NCBI GenBank assembly: GCA_043817315.1
Contig: JBDRGY010000013.1
Coordinates: forward strand, 8,663 to 72,662
Reading direction: 5' to 3'
Source of the DNA: Patescibacteria group bacterium
GTDB taxonomy: Bacteria > Patescibacteriota > Patescibacteriia > JBDRGY01
Length of the DNA stretch: 64,000 nucleotides
The position numbers were made by a program, and so were the translations under genes. Under the pieces are notes generated by a model, which worked only from the letters and a program-made list of their open reading frames with translations, was not told the origin of the DNA and did no database searches. Every line of letters starts with the position of its first letter. Within the stretch, counting starts at the first letter, position 1. Positions 47,259 to 59,761 of this stretch are shown here, piece by piece.

Positions 47259-47395
47259 ATAGCCTCCTTGTGGTTCGAGCCCCCGTGGAATTCGGGGTCC
47301 CACTTAATTATCAAGATGTTTACCCCGTCAGAAGCGCCCGCCTCTAATAATTAGCGCTACCGAAGCTATAATATTTAGCTTCTTATAGGGTAGAT

Positions 47396-47425
47396 ACATT
47401 ATATAGGCAGTCTAAATTGTAGTCA
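47396..47425 (-). promoter_or_regulatory. rplA promoter TTGACT-N17-TATAAT (minus strand) with structured leader
   Basis: Minus strand ttgactacaatttagactgcctatataat. The roughly 140-nt leader contains gggaccccgaattccacgggggctc. Confidence 0.45.
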
Positions 47426-47483
47426 AATATTCTTTAATAGTCTCAGAAAACGCCTATTTATTAGCGAACAAATATGGTGTTCG

Positions 47484-47513
47484 TAAAAAAAGGGCGTTCT
47501 TTTAAAACGCCCT
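47484..47513 (-). terminator. intrinsic terminator after the TolB-like gene
   Basis: Minus strand gggcgttttaaaagaacgccc+T7 directly follows the stop. Confidence 0.55.
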
Positions 47514-48479
47514 GGTGCTTCCCGTACGGGAAGCGAAGGTGTAGACAAACACGTTGTACTGGAAATCGCCGCCAAACTGATCAGCAAAGCAGAGATGCCG
47601 GCCACAGGGTGACCAGGCAGGGGCAATGGCCATGCCGAGACTGGGAACATAGAGAAGCAGCTGATCGTTTTCTAGGTCTCTGACTGCAATCTCTTTCTTG
47701 CCTCTGGCCGTGGTATTGTAGGCCAGGAAACGACCATCAGGAGAGGGTGCGCCCAGCCAGTTGTCGAAGGAATCTAGCACTGCTGGCTTGACACTGCCTA
47801 CATCCGGGTCGAATATCCAGATTGATGGCGTAGGCGGGAAGGTCAATTCCGCAAAGGCAGAGATAATCACTCCCTGCGGTGCCGGCCGAGGATACCAAAC
47901 CCGAATCAGTCCTGTCTGGAATTTGTCAGTCTGACCATCTGGCCTGATCCGCAGCAGTATCGAACCCACTCCGTACAAGCTATCGGCAATGCAATAGAGA
48001 TTGCCCGAAGCGTCGTATGCCGGGTCGCTGTATTGGAACACTGAATCGGCGGCCAGAAGGCAACGAGCCTCTTGGCCTCCATTGGTCCGAGCCGGACAGA
48101 CGAAGATACTGCTCGGGGAATTATCTGTCCAAGACTGCCGGCGGATAAAGGCCAACTGTTCTCCGTCTGGCGACCAGGCAGGCTGCAGATCATCATCCTG
48201 AGAACTGGTTATTCTGATAGCGGGCTCTGAGCCGGCTTCGGCCCGATTGATCCAGAGATCAAAATCTCCCGCCATATCCGAGGCAAAGGCAATCTGCTGG
48301 CCACTTGGCGACCAACTGGGATTCCAGCTGCAGTTATCGATGAAGGTAACCGAGGACAGTCCGTATTCCTGATAGAAAGACCAGGGTACCTCCTCCTGAT
48401 CGGAACAGGAAATTATCAGCAAGACCAATATGGTCAGAAACAGCATAGCCGGCAGATCTTTCACCAGAAGTTCTCTCAT
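47502..48479 (-). CDS. TolB-like beta-propeller (PD40/WD40-like repeat) lipoprotein or secreted protein, GC-rich
   Basis: Repeats WSPSGQQIAF, WSPDGEQLAF, PSPDGRFLAY and WSPCGRHLCF. Signal peptide with LLIISCSD. About 55 percent GC. Inserted between rplK and rplA. Confidence 0.6.
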   Translation of the reverse strand: MRELLVKDLPAMLFLTILVLLIISCSDQEEVPWSFYQEYGLSSVTFIDNCSWNPSWSPSGQQIAFASDMAGDFDLWINRAEAGSEPAIRITSSQDDDLQPAWSPDGEQLAFIRRQSWTDNSPSSIFVCPARTNGGQEARCLLAADSVFQYSDPAYDASGNLYCIADSLYGVGSILLRIRPDGQTDKFQTGLIRVWYPRPAPQGVIISAFAELTFPPTPSIWIFDPDVGSVKPAVLDSFDNWLGAPSPDGRFLAYNTTARGKKEIAVRDLENDQLLLYVPSLGMAIAPAWSPCGRHLCFADQFGGDFQYNVFVYTFASRTGSTRAF

Positions 48480-48598
48480 TGTCCGCCTCCTTATCTCCAG
48501 TTATGCACCTGTAATGATCGAACAGGCAACCTTAACAAAAGAGACTTGATTTGTCAAGCCTCTTTATGCTTTGATATGTAATTTGGAAATGTAATTGG

Positions 48599-49021
48599 TT
48601 ATTCTACGGTAATTCCCATTTGCCTGGCTGTTCCTTCCACTATCCTCATGGCTCCTTCAATGTCTTTAGCATTTAAATCAGGCATCTTCTTCTCGGCGAT
48701 TTCTTTAACCTGGGCTTTGGTTACTTTGCCCACTTTTTCTTTCAAAGCCGAGCCAGAGCCCTTTTGCAGATTAGCCGCCTTTTTCAATAAGGAAGCCGCC
48801 GGTGGAGTCTTTAATATATAGGTGTAAGTTCGGTCTTCGAAAACCGTTATCTCCACGGGAGTAATGTCTCCACCTTTATCTTTGGTGTCATTATTAAATT
48901 TGGTACAAAATTCCTGAATATTAAGACCGTGTTGGCCCAAAGCCGGGCCGATTGGCGGGGCTGGTGTCGCTTTACCGGCCGGGATTTGCAATTTAATAAC
49001 TGTTTTGATTGGTTTTGCCAT
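48599..49021 (-). CDS. rplK: 50S ribosomal protein L11
   Basis: [38 protein letters not shown]. Confidence 0.9.
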   Translation of the reverse strand: MAKPIKTVIKLQIPAGKATPAPPIGPALGQHGLNIQEFCTKFNNDTKDKGGDITPVEITVFEDRTYTYILKTPPAASLLKKAANLQKGSGSALKEKVGKVTKAQVKEIAEKKMPDLNAKDIEGAMRIVEGTARQMGITVE

Positions 49022-49022
49022 A

Positions 49023-49568
49023 TTAAAGCTTTTTTACTTGTAAGAAATCTAGTTCTACCGGGGTTTCTCGACCAAACAGGGAAACCAACACCTTGATTTT
49101 ACCCCTGGCTTCATCAACTTCAGAAACTTTTCCTTCCATCTCCTTGAAAGGACCATCTGTGATGCGAACCGGCGTATCAACGGTAACATCAATCTTATAT
49201 TTGGGTTCTTCCACTCCCATTCTCTTTTGCAGTCCCTTGATTTCATTATCGGAAATCGGGGTCGGAGTAGTTCCGGATCCAACAAAACCGGTAACATTGG
49301 GTGTATTACGGACTACATACCAGGAATCATCTGTTACAATCATTTCTACTAAAACATAACCGGGAAAAATCTTTTCGGTTACAGTTTTTCTTTTACCGTT
49401 TTTAATCTTAATTTTCTTTTCGGTCGGTATTAAAACACTAAAAATCTTGTCTTCCATACCCATGGAATCAATTCTCTGTTTTAAGTTTTTGGACACATTT
49501 TCTTCATAACCAGAATAAGTATGTAATACATACCATCTGCGTCCTTGTTGTCCCATTTGTTTGGGCAT
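49023..49568 (-). CDS. nusG: transcription termination/antitermination factor NusG
   Basis: [11 protein letters not shown]... is the NGN domain, and there is a KOW motif near the C-terminus. Located after secE. Confidence 0.85.
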   Translation of the reverse strand: MPKQMGQQGRRWYVLHTYSGYEENVSKNLKQRIDSMGMEDKIFSVLIPTEKKIKIKNGKRKTVTEKIFPGYVLVEMIVTDDSWYVVRNTPNVTGFVGSGTTPTPISDNEIKGLQKRMGVEEPKYKIDVTVDTPVRITDGPFKEMEGKVSEVDEARGKIKVLVSLFGRETPVELDFLQVKKL

Positions 49569-49577
49569 AGCGTTGAC

Positions 49578-49763
49578 CTAGGTAATAATCCTGTCTAAGA
49601 CAATAGTGAAGACGAAATCCAAAGTGCCCAGAAAAGCGGCCATTATAACAGTCACTCCCAATACCATCAAAGTGTAGCGGATGGTCTGCTGCCTGGTCGG
49701 CCAGACCACCTTTCTCATTTCATCCTTTGACTCTCTTAGATAGCTTGTAAGTTTATTAATCAT
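49578..49763 (-). CDS. secE: preprotein translocase subunit SecE
   Basis: 61 aa with a single TM helix. It is in the conserved position upstream of nusG. Confidence 0.7.
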   Translation of the reverse strand: MINKLTSYLRESKDEMRKVVWPTRQQTIRYTLMVLGVTVIMAAFLGTLDFVFTIVLDRIIT

Positions 49764-49855
49764 ATAACTGGTTTTTAAAAAGACCTCGTGAGGTCTTCAT
49801 TAATCAGCCTAAATATTGTATAACAAGCCTGATGTTTTGGCAAGTGGATAACTGA

Positions 49856-52045
<2,190 letters not shown>

Positions 52046-52117
52046 TTAGCTAGATTTAGCCTAAAAAATGTACCATAAAAGAGTGCTAAACCCGGCACTC
52101 TTTTTCTTATTTCGTTG

Positions 52118-52450
52118 TTACTTTTTCTTGGTTGGAGGAGCTTCTTTTTCGACTAGATGGACAATGTCTATCTTCAATCCTTTATTCATCTTGGCGGAGA
52201 TTAAATTATAGACCGCTGCAGTCAGTAGTCCGGCAATAAAAGCCAGGACGACCACTGCTGCTAAACCAAAGAGGTATATCGCCAGAAAAGAATACATGCC
52301 AGTTAAACTGTCAAAGCCTCCATCAAAAAGACGAGTTAAAACATAAGTAAAAAATGCGTAGACCACCCCAAAGACCAAATAATTGGCCACTGCTAAAAAC
52401 ATCCAGACCAGGGCAAAATTAACAACTTTTAATTTTCTAATTTCGTACAT
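52118..52450 (-). CDS. small membrane protein
   Basis: Three predicted TM helices, 110 aa. Confidence 0.35.
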   Translation of the reverse strand: MYEIRKLKVVNFALVWMFLAVANYLVFGVVYAFFTYVLTRLFDGGFDSLTGMYSFLAIYLFGLAAVVVLAFIAGLLTAAVYNLISAKMNKGLKIDIVHLVEKEAPPTKKK

Positions 52451-52468
52451 TTTTGTTTTTCCTTATGC

Positions 52469-54733
52469 TTAACTTCTTAATTCAATTTGAAATTTAGTCT
52501 GTAGCTTTTTGATAATCTTATCCAGGATTTTATCCACCTCTTCTGATTTTAGCGTTCTTTTGCCAGATTGAAAAGTGAAGCGCAAAGCCAAACTGTGTCT
52601 TTTTTTATTCTGCTGGTCAGCAAACTGATCAAAGCATTCAATCTCAACCAATAAAGGATCAACTCTAGTCAAGCTCTTGTCAATTTCTTGATAAGAATAT
52701 TTCTTATCGATCCAAAAGGCAATATCCCGTTCCACGCTCGGGTAAGCTGAAAATGGTTGGTATCTTTTGGAAGAGATCAGTTTAAATAATTTAGCGGCGT
52801 CCAAGAGGAACAAGGCCGTATTGTCGGGAACTTTATATTTTGCGATTTCGCTGAAGTTTGCCTGGCGCAATTCGACTAGGGCCGGCTGATAGTCTTTGAT
52901 CCCCAATCTCCTAGTCAGAAAGTTTAAGATACCCTTGGCCGTAAAATAAGCATTATCCGATTTCTTGGAGGCCACCAGGCCAAAGACCATAGTCTTTTCT
53001 TCCACTTGACCCTTGCCCTTTTTAAAGAATAACTTGCCAATCTCAAATACTTTTAATTGGTCGTAATAATTCAAATTGTGCGCCATCATACCCATCACCT
53101 CTTGAAAGGAAGTTCTCATGTATTTTTGTCCTTCGGATAAAGGATTGGCAATTTCAACATGGGCTGATTTGTCCAGGGGATCACCATAAAAAGAATAGGA
53201 GTAGATCTCTATCATTCCGGCAATCATCAGGACATCTCTAACCTTTTCCAGCAGCTGCAGCTGCTGATTAGGAGCAGGTGGCTTCATCTCACCTTTGATA
53301 TAAGTTGGCGTCATCTGATTATAATCTACGATTCGGCCCACTTCTTCTATTAAATCAGCTTCCAGACTGACATCACTCAAGCGCCAGCTGGGGACCGTAA
53401 CCTTCAAACTCTTGGCACCGCTTACAACAAAACCTAAGTTTATCAAAATATTTTTTATTCGGGCTTTAGTCACCGTTATTCCCAGTAGTTTTTCCACGTT
53501 CTGAGGATTCAGGTTTATTACCACTTTTTTCTGGCTGGTGTTATCAACCAGGCCCAGGTCCTTTAAAATCTGGCCGCCTGACAGCTTAGCGATCAAGGCT
53601 GCCGCTCGATCCAGATTATCGACTGTTTTCTGATTATCGACCCCCTTTTCAAAACGCCAAGAACTTTCAGAGCGCAAATTCAATTTCTTCGAAGTTTTTC
53701 TAATGGCGGCAGGATCGAAAAAGGCTGATTCTAATATAATGTCTTTGGTTTTGAAACCAACCTCGCTGTTGGCACCACCCATCACTCCGCCAATGGCAAT
53801 CGGTTTCTGGCCATCAGTAATCAAACACATGGAATTATCCAAAAGTCTATTCTGTCCATCTAGGGTTTTAATCTTCTCTCCCCTCTTGGCCTTGCGGACT
53901 ACAATCTCTTTAATTCTCTTGCGGTCAAAAGCATGTAGAGGTTGTCCGGTTTCCAGCATGATGTAATTAGTGGCATCAACAATATTGTTTATCGGTCTGA
54001 CTCCTGATGCCAACAGTCTTTTCTTCAACCATTCAGGAGACTGTTTAATTTTGATTCCTCTGATAACTCTGGCTGAATACAAGGGACACAAATCTTTATC
54101 AGCCACTTTAACAGACAACAAGTCCTCAATCTTCTCCTCTGACTCATTCAGATTGTAATTAGTAATTCGTAATTTGTTATTAGTAACTACAGCTGTTTCT
54201 CTGGCCAATCCAATAATAGATAAACAATCTGGTCGATTGGGCGTAATCTCCAGGTCAAAAACCACTTCAGCAACACCCAGGGCCTTATTGGCCTTGGTTC
54301 CTAACTGGGCAGATTTATCCAAAATGACAATTCCTGTATGATTATCGCCTAAACCCAATTCGTCTTCAGCGCAAAGCATGCCATTAGATTCAACACCTCG
54401 GATTACTGCTTTTTTTAATTTTAAGCCAGTGGCCAATTGTGCTCCTCCAGGAGCAAAGGGAACCTTATCGCCTACCTTAAAATTATAAGCACCGCAGACC
54501 ACTTCATATTGTTTCTGGGACGAAACTCTTACTTTTACCAATTGCAGTTTGTCGGCATTAGGATGTTTATTGATGGCCAACACTTCAGCTACCACTACTT
54601 TGTCATCAATTTGGGCTCCTGCTTTTTCAATATTGGTTACCTCGGTTCCTGACATTGTTAAAAGTTCTGCCAGTTGTTCTGGAGTTTCTTTAAACTTTAC
54701 GTAGTCTTGTAACCAAGATAGGGGTAATTTCAT
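52469..54733 (-). CDS. pheT: phenylalanyl-tRNA synthetase beta subunit
   Basis: MKLPLSWLQDYV start, B3/4 and B5 domains, 754 aa. Confidence 0.9.
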   Translation of the reverse strand: MKLPLSWLQDYVKFKETPEQLAELLTMSGTEVTNIEKAGAQIDDKVVVAEVLAINKHPNADKLQLVKVRVSSQKQYEVVCGAYNFKVGDKVPFAPGGAQLATGLKLKKAVIRGVESNGMLCAEDELGLGDNHTGIVILDKSAQLGTKANKALGVAEVVFDLEITPNRPDCLSIIGLARETAVVTNNKLRITNYNLNESEEKIEDLLSVKVADKDLCPLYSARVIRGIKIKQSPEWLKKRLLASGVRPINNIVDATNYIMLETGQPLHAFDRKRIKEIVVRKAKRGEKIKTLDGQNRLLDNSMCLITDGQKPIAIGGVMGGANSEVGFKTKDIILESAFFDPAAIRKTSKKLNLRSESSWRFEKGVDNQKTVDNLDRAAALIAKLSGGQILKDLGLVDNTSQKKVVINLNPQNVEKLLGITVTKARIKNILINLGFVVSGAKSLKVTVPSWRLSDVSLEADLIEEVGRIVDYNQMTPTYIKGEMKPPAPNQQLQLLEKVRDVLMIAGMIEIYSYSFYGDPLDKSAHVEIANPLSEGQKYMRTSFQEVMGMMAHNLNYYDQLKVFEIGKLFFKKGKGQVEEKTMVFGLVASKKSDNAYFTAKGILNFLTRRLGIKDYQPALVELRQANFSEIAKYKVPDNTALFLLDAAKLFKLISSKRYQPFSAYPSVERDIAFWIDKKYSYQEIDKSLTRVDPLLVEIECFDQFADQQNKKRHSLALRFTFQSGKRTLKSEEVDKILDKIIKKLQTKFQIELRS

Positions 54734-54740
54734 AGTTTAT

Positions 54741-55100
54741 TTAGATCTTTTTGGTCTTTACCTTTCTAAAACTGAATAAATAAGCGGCCAAAAGCGCCAG
54801 GGACCAAATAACCAGGAGAGCCGTTTTCCAGGTAGGAAAATCCCCAAACTGCCTGGAGATAATATAATAGGCAATAAGCAGGTAAACGACGATGGAGATG
54901 ATTGTCCAATTATTTTGATTTTTTCCCATAACTCGGCTAACCGGCCAGATCAGCAGAGCAATTCCGGCTAAAAAAACCAGATAGGCTCCCAGTAACTTGC
55001 CAATAACCAGAACGATAAGTCCTAGGCACAAAACCACTCCTCCGATGATAAAGTAGTTAGTTGGTTTCCATTTTAATCCTAATTGTTTTTTGTCCTCCAT
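54741..55100 (-). CDS. small membrane protein
   Basis: Four hydrophobic helices, 119 aa, between pheS and pheT. Confidence 0.35.
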   Translation of the reverse strand: MEDKKQLGLKWKPTNYFIIGGVVLCLGLIVLVIGKLLGAYLVFLAGIALLIWPVSRVMGKNQNNWTIISIVVYLLIAYYIISRQFGDFPTWKTALLVIWSLALLAAYLFSFRKVKTKKI

Positions 55101-55101
55101 T

Positions 55102-56130
55102 TTAAAATTGTTTTAAGAATCTTATATCGCCGGAATGAAAAAGGCGAATGTCATTAATGCCGTATAGCAGCATCAGCATGCGATCTATACCCATGCCAAA
55201 AGCGAAGCCGGAATATTTACTAGGATCAATCTTCATGTTTTTTAATACTTTAGGGTGAACCATCCCTGATCCTAACATCTCCAGCCAACCACTTTGAGAA
55301 CAAACCGGACAGCCTTTACCCGAACAAAGAATGCAGGACATATCGATATCCACAGACGGTTCGGTAAAAGGATAATGATGCGGCCTGACTCTGGTTTTGA
55401 CCTTATCTCCGAAAACCGATTTCAAGAAGGAGTCCAGCGTGCCTATCAAATCGGTAACTCTTATCCCCTGATCGATAGCCAGCCCCTCCACTTGGTAAAA
55501 AGTGGCTTCGTGGGAGGCATCAGTCGCTTCGTGACGAAAGACCCGGCCCGGCACGATCAACCTAACTGGCGGTTTTCTTTTTTCCATGGCTCGAATCTGT
55601 ACCGGCGAAGTATGGGTCCTTAATAATAATTTGTCGTTGTCATTGGCCTCTTTGCCATCTTCTATATAAAAAGTGTCCCAAACATCTCGAGCCGGATGAT
55701 CTTTGGGGATGTTCAGCAGATCAAAATTGTATTTGGCCAGTTCAATCTCCGGGCCATCAACCACCTCGTAGCCCATGGAAGAAAAAAAGGTATTTACTTT
55801 ACGTAAAAACTGAGTAATGGGGTGCAATAAACCGCCGTGCATCTTAGTACCCGGTAAGGTTTTGTCAAAGTCCTGCCGAGAAGTTTCCCCAGCCAGACTA
55901 GCCCTCCCTTCCGCTAAAGCGATTTCGATATCCGACTTGATCCGGTTGGCCAATTTGCCGACGACAGGCTTGAGATCATCAGATAAATCTTTCAGTTTTC
56001 TCAGTATCTGGGTCAACTCTCCTTTGCGACCTAAATATTTCTTCTCCAATTTCTGAAGACCCTCTCCATTCTTAACCTTGGCAATCTCTGCCTGGGCTGC
56101 TTTTTTTAATTGTTCTAAATCCTTCTGCAT
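55102..56130 (-). CDS. pheS: phenylalanyl-tRNA synthetase alpha subunit
   Basis: Class II motifs (FRHEATDASHEATFYQVEGL, GMGIDRMLML). Confidence 0.9.
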   Translation of the reverse strand: MQKDLEQLKKAAQAEIAKVKNGEGLQKLEKKYLGRKGELTQILRKLKDLSDDLKPVVGKLANRIKSDIEIALAEGRASLAGETSRQDFDKTLPGTKMHGGLLHPITQFLRKVNTFFSSMGYEVVDGPEIELAKYNFDLLNIPKDHPARDVWDTFYIEDGKEANDNDKLLLRTHTSPVQIRAMEKRKPPVRLIVPGRVFRHEATDASHEATFYQVEGLAIDQGIRVTDLIGTLDSFLKSVFGDKVKTRVRPHHYPFTEPSVDIDMSCILCSGKGCPVCSQSGWLEMLGSGMVHPKVLKNMKIDPSKYSGFAFGMGIDRMLMLLYGINDIRLFHSGDIRFLKQF

Positions 56131-56138
56131 ATCCTTTA

Positions 56139-56531
56139 TTACACCCGATGACGGGGTGAAGTTTGTCTAGTAAGGAAAAATAGTTCCAAAACGGCCAGGC
56201 CCATGATAAACAGCAGACCATTCCACCAGGTTAGCAGCCTGGCTCCCTGCAACAGCAGGCCCCCAACCACTAACAGTGAAAATAAAACGGCTTGACGCAA
56301 TGATTTGCCCACGTGTTTATAGACTATTTCCTCCTGGGAAAACCAAACCCTTATAAAGAAACCAATTAGGGCCAGGGTACCGGTCAGAGCTACCAGCAAA
56401 CTGATGTAAAATAAAAAAAGACCAATAAAACCCGAGGTCTCTGGGTTAATGTAGTACAAGACTGTAATCCAGGCTAACCAGCAAAAAAGTGTACTAAGAG
56501 AAATACCAATTAGATAGCGTTTTAACGGCAT
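56139..56531 (-). CDS. small membrane protein
   Basis: Four TM helices, 130 aa. Confidence 0.35.
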   Translation of the reverse strand: MPLKRYLIGISLSTLFCWLAWITVLYYINPETSGFIGLFLFYISLLVALTGTLALIGFFIRVWFSQEEIVYKHVGKSLRQAVLFSLLVVGGLLLQGARLLTWWNGLLFIMGLAVLELFFLTRQTSPRHRV

Positions 56532-56589
56532 AGATGTTTATAATATAACAAATTTTGGCCTTACTGACAATAAATAATCTATAAGTTAT

Positions 56590-56735
56590 TTTAACGGACC
56601 TCCCCTCTTCCGGGAGGCCGGCAAGAACACCTAAATAATTCCCCCCTCCTTGACAAGGAGGGGAAAAACGCACTGTGGTTTTTGCTTTACATAAGTGGAG
56701 TGGGGGCGGTCCGGTAATTGTCGAGAGTAGTTATT
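56590..56735 (+). repeat. intergenic repeat element, copy 2 (cccctcctt-gaca-aggagggg hairpin)
   Basis: gacctcccctcttcc...aacacct...ttcccccctccttgacaaggaggggaaaaacgc...tggttttt...gtggagtgggggcgg is collinear with the 4000-4175 copy. Confidence 0.5.
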
Positions 56736-59656
56736 CAAACCACCCTATCATCACATATCTCTTTGAAATCACAGTAGCGGCATTTAAAAACAGAAGGAGT
56801 GGCTTTAAAGTCTGATTGGTAAATCTTCTGAGCTGTGTCTTTAATTCTTTCTGTGACTGCGTTGATATCCTCTTCGGTGGGAGAAACGGAAAATTTCTGA
56901 TTGCCCTCTAAGTAATAAAAAGATAATAACCCGGCCTCTTCCGATAGGGCTTGTTCAGCAGCCATGGCATAAATAAATAGTTGTTCATAATCAACATCTT
57001 TCTTAGTTTTGGGCACTCGGCCGGTTTTATAATCTATAATCTCTACTTTATCATCCGGCAATTGATCAACTCGGTCGATAAAACCTCTGATGGAATACTC
57101 TCCTACTTTGATACTGAAACCCTTTTCTAAATATTTGGGCGGGTTATTAAAGAATTTCTTATTGGCTTGGTAATATTGACGCAAAGCTTCTTCCCCGCTC
57201 TTTTTTCTTTGCTCCTCGTGTCTCTTGGAATCATACCAATCATCATACCAGTTGCCGTGGTAAAGCTTGACCAGTTGATCGGCAGATGGTTGCTCCCCGG
57301 CTCGGATCTTATCGTAGAAATCCTTCAGAGCCCCATGAATACTCTTGCCAAAGGAAAAAGAATGTCGGCCCGAAACTGGTATCTTTAAGATATGGGCAAA
57401 CTTGTACTGTTTGGGACAGGTCTCAAAGGCTTTGAGCTGGGTAAAACTCAAACGGGTTGGTAGCTTGATATCAAGAAGCTCTTTGTCCTTTTTGACCTTA
57501 ACCGTGAAATCTTTGGTAAAGGGAAGACTGATTTGTTTTTGTTCATCAGTCTCCACGTATTTTTTTAGGTTAACTTCGGACAGAAACCGGGATGGTCTTT
57601 TCTTCCTGGTCCCTCCGTAATTTTCAGCAAAAGTGAAATACAAACTGGACTTGGCCCTGGTACAGGCTACGTAAAACAATCTTCTTTCTTCCTGTAAATG
57701 AATATCTCCTTCGGGGATTATTTCTTTGACCAATTCATCGGGCAATTCGATGGGATCTCTTCTCTCGGTGGAAGGAAATCTAAGGTCCGCTAAATTACTG
57801 ACGAAAACATTGGCAAATTCCAATCCTTTGGCCCCATGGACTGTCATAATTTTAACCGACTCCGGTCCTTCGTCATAAGCCACTGGGGCTGGATCCTCGC
57901 CGATCTCTTGGATTAAGTTTAGTTCCGAAATAAAGCTTTTTACCGATTTATCCTGATGGGCCAACTCAAACTCCTGTACTTTCTTATAGAACTTGGAGAT
58001 ATTTAATATTTTCTCGGCAGTGGTTGAATCCTCATTCTTCTGCAGAAATTCAATCAGGTCAGTATCTTTCAAAAAAGCGTAGACAATCTGGGAAACTGAC
58101 TTGGCCTTGGCTAGGCTGGTGTGTTCCTTTATCATCTTTAAAATCTGGTGCACTGTGCGAACAGTTTTATCAGACAAACCAGAAATAGTTTTACTTCTTT
58201 CCATCGAGGTATACAGGGAAATGTTTTTCTGCTTGGTCCAGTTTAGAAGACGGATGATATCTCTGGTGGCCAGATCAAAAACATCCATGGACAACACCCG
58301 GAACAGAGCCAGACTTTCATGGTAATTATCCAGCATTTTCAAATAACTGATTAGGTCGATTATTTCCGGCTTTTGGTATAAACCGCGGGAGGCCACGAAC
58401 TGATAGGGAACATTTTGATTGGCAAAGGTGTTAATAAAGATGTCAGCCTGGGAATTGGCCCTGACCAATATGGCAAAATCGTTCCAGGTCAGTTTCTTAT
58501 TTTCCTTCTTAAGACGTAAAATCTCTCTGAGCACATTCAAAACCTCTTCCTCGGCAGACTGGGCTTTTAATAATTTAATGATCCCCAGGCCTTTTTGCTG
58601 GGCTGATAACTTTTTGGAGATCTTGGAATGCAACTTTTTGCCTTTCTGGTTTATCTGCTGGCCTGACAACTTGGATTCCAATCGATTGGGATTATTTAGT
58701 TGGATAAACTCGTAAGTCAGATCCAGGATGTTTTGGTTGGACCGGTAGTTTTTTACCAAAACTACTTCCTGAGAATGCGGAAAGTCTTTTTTAAACTCCA
58801 GAATGTTGGAAATGGCCGCTCCTCTGAATTTATAGATGGACTGATCATCGTCTCCGGTCACTGTCAGGTTGTCTAAGGGCTGGGCCAGCATCTTGATCAA
58901 TTCGTACTGGGCAAAATTGGTATCCTGAAATTCGTCAACCAAAATGTATTTAAATTTCTTTTGGTAAAAGTCTAAAATTGACTTTCTCTTTTTAAACAGT
59001 TCTAAAGTTCTAATAATCAAGTCACCAAAATCAAGATTGCCGTCCTTCAATAATAAATCGTTGTAAGTCTTATAGGCTGCAGCCACTTCTACAACTTTGG
59101 CAGCCTCTTCCTTTACCGAAGGTGCAGCGCTTTTGAACTTGGCTGCATTTTTCTTAGCGTAATCCAAATATTCTTTTGGCGAAATGTTTTCGTCTTTAAC
59201 ACGGGAAAAATGCTGGACCAAGGCATAAATAAACTTAGTGGGGTTGCCTAACGGTTTGTAGTATTTTAATTGGAACTTGTCTAAATTCTGGCGTACCAGC
59301 AGCCATTGTTCCGCAGTTGATAAAACTTTGAATCCGGAATTCAAACCGATTTCTATAGCGTGATCTCTTAGTACTCTTTCACCAAAAGCATGAAAAGTAG
59401 ACACCCAGATATCGACATAGCCATAAGGTAGGGCCTTATCTATTCGTTCCTCCATTTCCGAAGCTGCTTTATCGGTAAAAGTTAAGGCCAGTATTTCATC
59501 CGCCTTGGCCTTTTTTTGATCAATCAACCAGGCAATTCTTTGGGTGATCACCGCGGTCTTACCAGTCCCGGCTCCGGCAATAATAAGCAGGGGTCCTTTG
59601 TCAAAAGTAACGGCCTTGGTTTGTTCCGGATTTAAGGTTTTTAAACTGATTTCCAT
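56735..59656 (-). CDS. UvrD/PcrA-like superfamily I helicase fused to a C-terminal Cas4/AddB-type Fe-S PD-(D/E)xK nuclease
   Basis: Helicase motifs AGAGTGKT, DEFQDTN and TVHGAKGLEF. C-terminal nuclease with Cys cluster ...CPKQYKF...CRYCDFKEIC. Confidence 0.7.
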   Translation of the reverse strand: MEISLKTLNPEQTKAVTFDKGPLLIIAGAGTGKTAVITQRIAWLIDQKKAKADEILALTFTDKAASEMEERIDKALPYGYVDIWVSTFHAFGERVLRDHAIEIGLNSGFKVLSTAEQWLLVRQNLDKFQLKYYKPLGNPTKFIYALVQHFSRVKDENISPKEYLDYAKKNAAKFKSAAPSVKEEAAKVVEVAAAYKTYNDLLLKDGNLDFGDLIIRTLELFKKRKSILDFYQKKFKYILVDEFQDTNFAQYELIKMLAQPLDNLTVTGDDDQSIYKFRGAAISNILEFKKDFPHSQEVVLVKNYRSNQNILDLTYEFIQLNNPNRLESKLSGQQINQKGKKLHSKISKKLSAQQKGLGIIKLLKAQSAEEEVLNVLREILRLKKENKKLTWNDFAILVRANSQADIFINTFANQNVPYQFVASRGLYQKPEIIDLISYLKMLDNYHESLALFRVLSMDVFDLATRDIIRLLNWTKQKNISLYTSMERSKTISGLSDKTVRTVHQILKMIKEHTSLAKAKSVSQIVYAFLKDTDLIEFLQKNEDSTTAEKILNISKFYKKVQEFELAHQDKSVKSFISELNLIQEIGEDPAPVAYDEGPESVKIMTVHGAKGLEFANVFVSNLADLRFPSTERRDPIELPDELVKEIIPEGDIHLQEERRLFYVACTRAKSSLYFTFAENYGGTRKKRPSRFLSEVNLKKYVETDEQKQISLPFTKDFTVKVKKDKELLDIKLPTRLSFTQLKAFETCPKQYKFAHILKIPVSGRHSFSFGKSIHGALKDFYDKIRAGEQPSADQLVKLYHGNWYDDWYDSKRHEEQRKKSGEEALRQYYQANKKFFNNPPKYLEKGFSIKVGEYSIRGFIDRVDQLPDDKVEIIDYKTGRVPKTKKDVDYEQLFIYAMAAEQALSEEAGLLSFYYLEGNQKFSVSPTEEDINAVTERIKDTAQKIYQSDFKATPSVFKCRYCDFKEICDDRVV

Positions 59657-59761
59657 ACAAAATCATTATAGCATATCCGTTTGACAGCTAATGGCTTATT
59701 TGCTAAGTTAAACTACTTTTCGCAAAAAACAGATAGCGCTCCTTACAATGGAGGGGTGATA

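Noticed and set aside
47502-48479. Calling the propeller protein a bona fide TolB
   Set aside because: Only the C-terminal PD40 beta-propeller is present. The N-terminal TolB domain is absent and there are no tol-pal neighbours.
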